The position numbers and the translations under genes were made by a program. The notes beneath the pieces are model-generated. The model saw only the letters and a program-made list of their open reading frames with translations, ran no database searches and was not told the DNA's origin. A stretch of 64,000 bases of DNA from Zancudomyces culisetae HAW-14-8 (taxonomy: Eukaryota > Fungi > Kickxellomycota), in contig JBNJNM010000011.1 in assembly GCA_052426225.1 (NCBI GenBank), forward strand, positions 2,542,001 to 2,606,000. Direction: 5' to 3'. Below are positions 58,810-64,000 of this stretch, piece by piece (the stretch's first letter is position 1; each line of letters begins with the position of its first letter).

Positions 58810-60582
58810 ATGTACTTGAGAACAAATCTCGTGGATTCGAGGAAGGTGTACGAAAATAAGTATTACAACGCAGGGCTGCGTAAGATTGAGGAGAAAAATA
58901 AAAAGGAAGAAAAGAGACACAAAAAGGAGGAGGAGGAATACAGCGAAATAGAAAGCAGCGATAGCGAGTCCTTGGACTATTTTGACAAACAGTTTGATTT
59001 CAACTACAAAAAGCCCTCGTTTGTTGGAGCTATATCGGGGTTATTTAAAAAGGATAAAAAGCCCCACCATAGCGAAAATAGGGGAAGCATCAGTAAAAAC
59101 AAGAATGGTAGTATAATCAACTATGCTATCAGTGATAAAGCATCTATTAAGAGTAAAGGTATGTAGTCTAGTATCTGAAAGTTGAGGAACTCATATGTAT
59201 ATATATATGATAATACTAATAGTACATTATAGTATATTAAAATTCATACAGATAAAATAATGACCACAACCACAACCACAACTACAAAGACATTAATTTC
59301 TTATTCTTACTTTTTTACTTTCAATAGAAACACAACAGATATCTCTACTCAATTCGATGAGATACAAGGCTGAAAATGAATCGCTAGTAATTATTGATAA
59401 TAAAAGCCTAAGGAGCAGAAATAATGGTGACGCGAGCAAGCCAGCAAAGGGCAATGATGAAAAGCAAGTTGATGCTTTTAGTAACAGTATTTACAGTATT
59501 GATAATAGTTCTAATACTAATAACAATCAGCAAATGGATAATTACGATATTAGCAGTAAATCGACTGTAGCGTTTCCGTCGTTCAGAGAAGTGAAATACA
59601 CTGATCTTACATCAAAGAGCATAAAAGACGTAAAAGGTAAATATTGTGTATATGTATGTGTATATGTATACGTATATAATGAACGTTTTTTTATTTTTTA
59701 TTTTTTGTTTTTTGTATTTTATTAATGTGTTTGAGTGAATTTTATTTAAATTCAGTAACGATAACAACACAAAAAATAATAAGGCTATTGCTACTATGGA
59801 TAGGTGCCGATGAGAAAATAAGATTTAGGAGTTATTCTAATGAAATAAGAACTACTAATGGCAGAGAAAACATAAGCAATTACAGCGGTTTTGGTATAGT
59901 AAATGGTGCTGAAAACACGAATTATTTTCCAGATTTAATTTCATCATCGACTAGTGTAGTATCGAAAAGAGGTTATATGAACGGTAGTAACAACAGCAAA
60001 AGCTGCAACAATAGTAGTAGTAATAGTAACAATGGTAAATCAAGACTGTTGTATGGACGCTGCTATAACTATAATAATACAAGTAATAACAACTTTGAGG
60101 AAGGTTTTAGCCACCAAAGGCACAGCAGTAAGAGAACCGCCAGTTTATTTACAAATATCGAATCTAGATCTGACCACAAATATACATCTAAGCCTAAACC
60201 CAAGCCAAGCTCCAAGTCTATTAGTGAAGTGGTGTCGATGGTAAAGCCCAACTTTACAAATGAACGTCATACCACCTGTTTAGAGCAAACTTCAGACTCT
60301 AAATCCAATTGTCACTCCAGATCAAAATCAAAATCCAAGTCCAAGTCCAAATCTAAATCTAAATCTAAAGCAAAAATCAAGACGAAATCAAGGAGGGATA
60401 TACCAAGTGAGATGTCTTATTTTGATAGCACAACAACGATCAGCTCTACCACCAGCACTAAGCGCTCACTCGCCCATACAAAAGTTGTCGAAAATAAGGG
60501 ACTTCTAGTTAGTACTGCTGACCTAATAGATAGTTTACCCCAAGTACCACCACACATCATTTACAACGACAAAGTTGTCTGA
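58810..60582 (+). CDS. Hypothetical low-complexity Ser/Lys/Asn-rich protein; exons 58810-59158, 59328-59636, 59804-60582 (478 aa)
   Basis: Three track ORFs joined in frame by GTATGT..TAG and GTAAAT..TAG introns (1437 nt total). Ends ADLIDSLPQVPPH; no recognisable domain. Confidence 0.7.
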
Positions 60583-60944
60583 TTTTTGCTTCATTTTTTG
60601 GTTTTTATGTCACTTTACTTCACTTTACCTTATTCTGTTACGCAATACTTACGCTTTTATGCCTATAATTATATCATGATTTAATAACCTACTTTATTTT
60701 TATAATGTTTCTATTTTAATAATTAGTTGCCTGTTTTGTATTACTATTCTAATAATAATCCAATAAATAGATATGTTAAGATCAATTTGCAAAGTTATTA
60801 ATATCATTTAATTCTCGTTCATTATTATCATCTTTGTGACCACAGAAATGGATAAAGATACAAAGAAAAAGCATTCAAAAAAAAAAAAGAAAACCGAGCA
60901 AGAACAAACAGAGAAAAAAAAGGGAAAGTGGGAGGAGGAGCAGT

Positions 60945-63900
60945 TCACTTTATACTCAAATCTGAATAATCTCTAAACAACCCGCAGTAAGTCTTGGAAC
61001 CATTGCTATACTGTGGCTGTATACCATACAGAAAGATGTCGAAACACGAGATGATTGATGAGTTGCACACTAACGATTTATCAAATCCAGTACCAAAAGT
61101 ATTTACTGGCAAGTACACAACCAGTCTTTGGCGATGTGCATAGCTAACAGCACCATCATTTCCAGCAAAACCAGTGGTTGGTGGGATAATCACCAGTGTC
61201 AGTATTATACATGGAACACCATCGCCACTCTCCTCACTAGCACTGTCGTTGGTGCTGGATACAGAGCCAGTAGCCCGATCGGTATAATTAGACTTGTTGG
61301 TGCTGCTGGTAAACTTCGATGAATAGTTGTAGTTTCCAAAGGCTTTGTGCTCGAGCAAACCAACTACGTCTATATCCGATCTAATGCACGCCGAAGTCAG
61401 TTGGTCAATTGTTAGCAGGTTTCTGGGTGTAAATACAGAGGGATCAAAATGAGATTCCAGAACAGAACCAACTGGCATAAACATGATGGATTTGGAATTA
61501 CAATTCAGTCTCAAAAATCTGGTATTGGTTGCATTCGCGTGGTGTGAAGGCGTTATTATCCCAATGATATTATATACAAGACCCTCAGTAATCACAGAGT
61601 AAATAGATTCGTCAACACAGTTCCAAACCGATAATACAATCCGCTTCTTTTTTTGAGTTTTCTTTGTTGAATATGCTGAAGATATTAATAGCTGAATATA
61701 GGGAGTAACTTTTCTAGCAGGATACTTTTCATCAACTTGACCAAGAAACTCGGTGCGTTTGGATTCAATAAACGACTCCAACAACTGGCGCGGGCCACTG
61801 TTCATAATCTGACCAGAGCTGGATATATGATTTAAATATAATTCCTCCGATTCTGTTAATGACAACATTGATGTTTTGTTGGATAGGGTATTTAGTAAGG
61901 ATTGGTTATAATCAGACAAAAGCTTCTGGTAGTAGTTCGTCCTGGTCTGTAAATACTTAGCCTGAACCCTTAACTCTTCAGTTTCAGTTCTGGTAATTCT
62001 GCTTCCGCTGGCAGTGTTCTCCATAAAACGCACGGGATATTTCCGAACAACCACTACACGAGTTGCCATCCCGTAAGCTGGGCCACCGTCGGGTTTTATT
62101 GTATGGACACCATAGCTAAGCTTTGTTGAATTTACATTTGTTCTAACAAATCCCAATTTGGTATCCCAACGCGCCGTTCTAACACTGTTTGAGCTCATAG
62201 ACAGACATGGAGAAATAGGTGATGTCGGACTGTCCAGCTGAAATGGCGAGATTCCATCGCCACGCGACTCAACACCAAGTCCGTCTCCAAAGGATGAGCC
62301 CAATAAGGTAGCGCCAATCACTACCACTTTGGTTCCCATTTTGAGCCTGCCACGGTCCAGTGCTCTAATCAAAACCGCATCAACTCTTGCGGCAATTGGA
62401 TAATACCCATCACTCAACAGCACTGTGTTTTGGCTAACACGGTGCACCAAAACATACACACTAGCCAGCTTGGCACTTGAATCGCCCTCCATAATTCTAC
62501 GAATCATGGGCCTTTTTCCCTCCTCGAATTCCCGAACATACCGTTTTCGCATCTGTTCTCTAGCCGCTTCAACTGTCCAAAAATGCCTTTGAAGAGGAGA
62601 AAAGAACCGAGCCATACTTGCCAAGTAATAAACCGTCTGCTGCCACTGAAGCTCCACCCACCTCTCAAACTCCTTTTTATTACCCAACCCCTTGACCCTA
62701 CCATCCTTTTCAAACTTGTTTATCAAATCCTGCTCGGCTTCTTTTATCCCAAAACATCCATCAAATCTGTACGCAGTAGCCCCTTCAAACGTCATTGTCC
62801 GTGCGTCTGCCGTGCATTCTATGGTTGTACCTCCTTCTATGTTATTACAATATTCCAAGAGTTCTCTCAGCGTTGTTTTCTTTAGTTCGGTCTTTTTAAT
62901 GCTACTTACTTTTTCCAGCTGTGGTGGGTCTACGCGTGTCATAGTGGGTGTTTTTATCGGGTACTTAAACAGTGGTCGTTTAAAACCAGTTGTCTTATTC
63001 GCAAATGGTGTGTTGAACAGTCCATTTGTTCTCTTTATTCCTGCTTTTGTGGGCTGCCCACCGCTGTCATTACTGGAGTGTGTTGGTACGTTGGGCGCAC
63101 TTGTTGGTGTTTTAAACGGCACTTTAAATGGCGTATTAAACTTTCCACCAAAGCTATGTCTGGTAGGTTTACTATTGGACACTCTAACTTGTGCTGACTG
63201 CTGTTGAATTTGTTGTTGTTGCTTCTGTTGCTGCTCTTGATCTTTGACGCTTTGTGCTGGAGTTTCTGTACGTGCTACAGTTTCTGTCTTTTGGCTGGTA
63301 CTAAATATCTCTTTTACATTTTGTGTGCTTTTAACAGGCTTTTGCGGTGTTGTCAAATTGAACAACTTGTTTATACGCTCAATCGTTTCCGTTGATGGAG
63401 TCGTTTTTGAACCCCCTTCTACATTCCCTATCCTATTCCCTGACGCTGTGCTAAATCCCCCAATTCCCACAGTGTTCGTCGGTGTTACTGCTGACTTTGG
63501 AGTTGTCTTCTCGTTACCTTTGCCATTAACGGACTTTTTAAAGGGTGTTTTAAACTCAGTAGGTGTCCCTCGGCTGTTGTTTTTAGCCCTCTTTAGTATC
63601 GCCTCAAATATTTCATTGTCTCTTTCCAGCTTTCTCTTCATTTCCAGCACCACTGGATCTTCTCCCTCATCCACCTCCTCTCGCACTGTCTCCTCTCGAT
63701 TCTCTACAACCTCAGCATTGTTTCCTGCCATTTCTATGCCTTTCAACCCTACCATCTCTTCTAATAGTTTTATTCTTGTCTTGGTTTCTATATATCCCTT
63801 TCCAGTAGAATAATCAAAACTCTTCCCCTTTTTCATTTCCATTTCTCGCTCTAATTCCCTTTGCTCAAATGCAAATATCTCGGAATCTTGATTCTCGAGC

Positions 63901-64000
63901 ATCTTTTTGGGCGATTCCACCAAATTTTTCTTTTCAAAAAGCTTGCGAACTATGTTTTGTGTCACGCTCTGTTCACCCACTTCATGTGCACCAGTTTTCA
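60945..64000 (-). CDS. BRCA2: BRCA2/Brh2 homolog (5'-truncated by the window edge): BRC repeat, FxxP motifs, helical domain, OB folds/tower
   Basis: The frame stays open to position 64000. BRC GFSTASGNRI; helical WVELQWQQTVYYLASM...RYVREFEEGKRPMIRRIMEGD; OB1 LSDGYYPIAARVD..L.R....GRL.MG.K, NSVRTARWDTKLG; I.PDGG, VVRKYP.RFME; OB2 LSVWN...ITEGLVYNI. Confidence 0.9.
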   Translation of the reverse strand, partial: KTGAHEVGEQSVTQNIVRKLFEKKNLVESPKKMLENQDSEIFAFEQRELEREMEMKKGKSFDYSTGKGYIETKTRIKLLEEMVGLKGIEMAGNNAEVVENREETVREEVDEGEDPVVLEMKRKLERDNEIFEAILKRAKNNSRGTPTEFKTPFKKSVNGKGNEKTTPKSAVTPTNTVGIGGFSTASGNRIGNVEGGSKTTPSTETIERINKLFNLTTPQKPVKSTQNVKEIFSTSQKTETVARTETPAQSVKDQEQQQKQQQQIQQQSAQVRVSNSKPTRHSFGGKFNTPFKVPFKTPTSAPNVPTHSSNDSGGQPTKAGIKRTNGLFNTPFANKTTGFKRPLFKYPIKTPTMTRVDPPQLEKVSSIKKTELKKTTLRELLEYCNNIEGGTTIECTADARTMTFEGATAYRFDGCFGIKEAEQDLINKFEKDGRVKGLGNKKEFERWVELQWQQTVYYLASMARFFSPLQRHFWTVEAAREQMRKRYVREFEEGKRPMIRRIMEGDSSAKLASVYVLVHRVSQNTVLLSDGYYPIAARVDAVLIRALDRGRLKMGTKVVVIGATLLGSSFGDGLGVESRGDGISPFQLDSPTSPISPCLSMSSNSVRTARWDTKLGFVRTNVNSTKLSYGVHTIKPDGGPAYGMATRVVVVRKYPVRFMENTASGSRITRTETEELRVQAKYLQTRTNYYQKLLSDYNQSLLNTLSNKTSMLSLTESEELYLNHISSSGQIMNSGPRQLLESFIESKRTEFLGQVDEKYPARKVTPYIQLLISSAYSTKKTQKKKRIVLSVWNCVDESIYSVITEGLVYNIIGIITPSHHANATNTRFLRLNCNSKSIMFMPVGSVLESHFDPSVFTPRNLLTIDQLTSACIRSDIDVVGLLEHKAFGNYNYSSKFTSSTNKSNYTDRATGSVSSTNDSASEESGDGVPCIILTLVIIPPTTGFAGNDGAVSYAHRQRLVVYLPVNTFGTGFDKSLVCNSSIISCFDIFLYGIQPQYSNGSKTYCGLFRDYSDLSIK

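Overview
AT-rich eukaryotic (fungal) chromosomal DNA with GT-AG spliceosomal introns, about 17 protein-coding genes and one tRNA-Ser(GCT). I found no prokaryotic operons, CRISPR arrays or recognisable transposon ORFs. Gene content (focadhesin/RST1, BRCA2, Gli/Zic-type zinc finger, NFX1) and sequence style suggest an early-diverging fungus, plausibly an insect-gut Harpellales species; this is inference only. Left to right: secreted Kex2-type precursor ending in a pacifastin-like 6-Cys domain, stomatin/SPFH protein, coiled-coil hypothetical, 10-exon Atg38/NRBF2-like gene (seen only as fragments in the ORF track), Gli/Zic-like C2H2 factor, NIPA Mg2+ transporter, focadhesin-like 2477 aa protein, divergent ARF GTPase (Q71G), small Cys-rich ORF, tRNA-Ser, PEX11, RPB11 with a C-terminal extension, FAF2/Ubx2-like UBX protein, WRNIP1/MGS1, RAD54, DMA1-like FHA-RING ligase, NFX1/FAP1, a low-complexity hypothetical, and a 5'-truncated BRCA2/Brh2. 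The most interesting candidates are (1) an arthropod-type pacifastin protease-inhibitor domain in a fungal secreted prepro-protein, (2) an ARF paralog lacking the catalytic Gln, (3) a purine-to-pyrimidine gradient running 5' to 3' through the long genes, and (4) three RAD51-filament/fork-protection genes within about 24 kb. All family calls come from manual motif recognition, not database searches.
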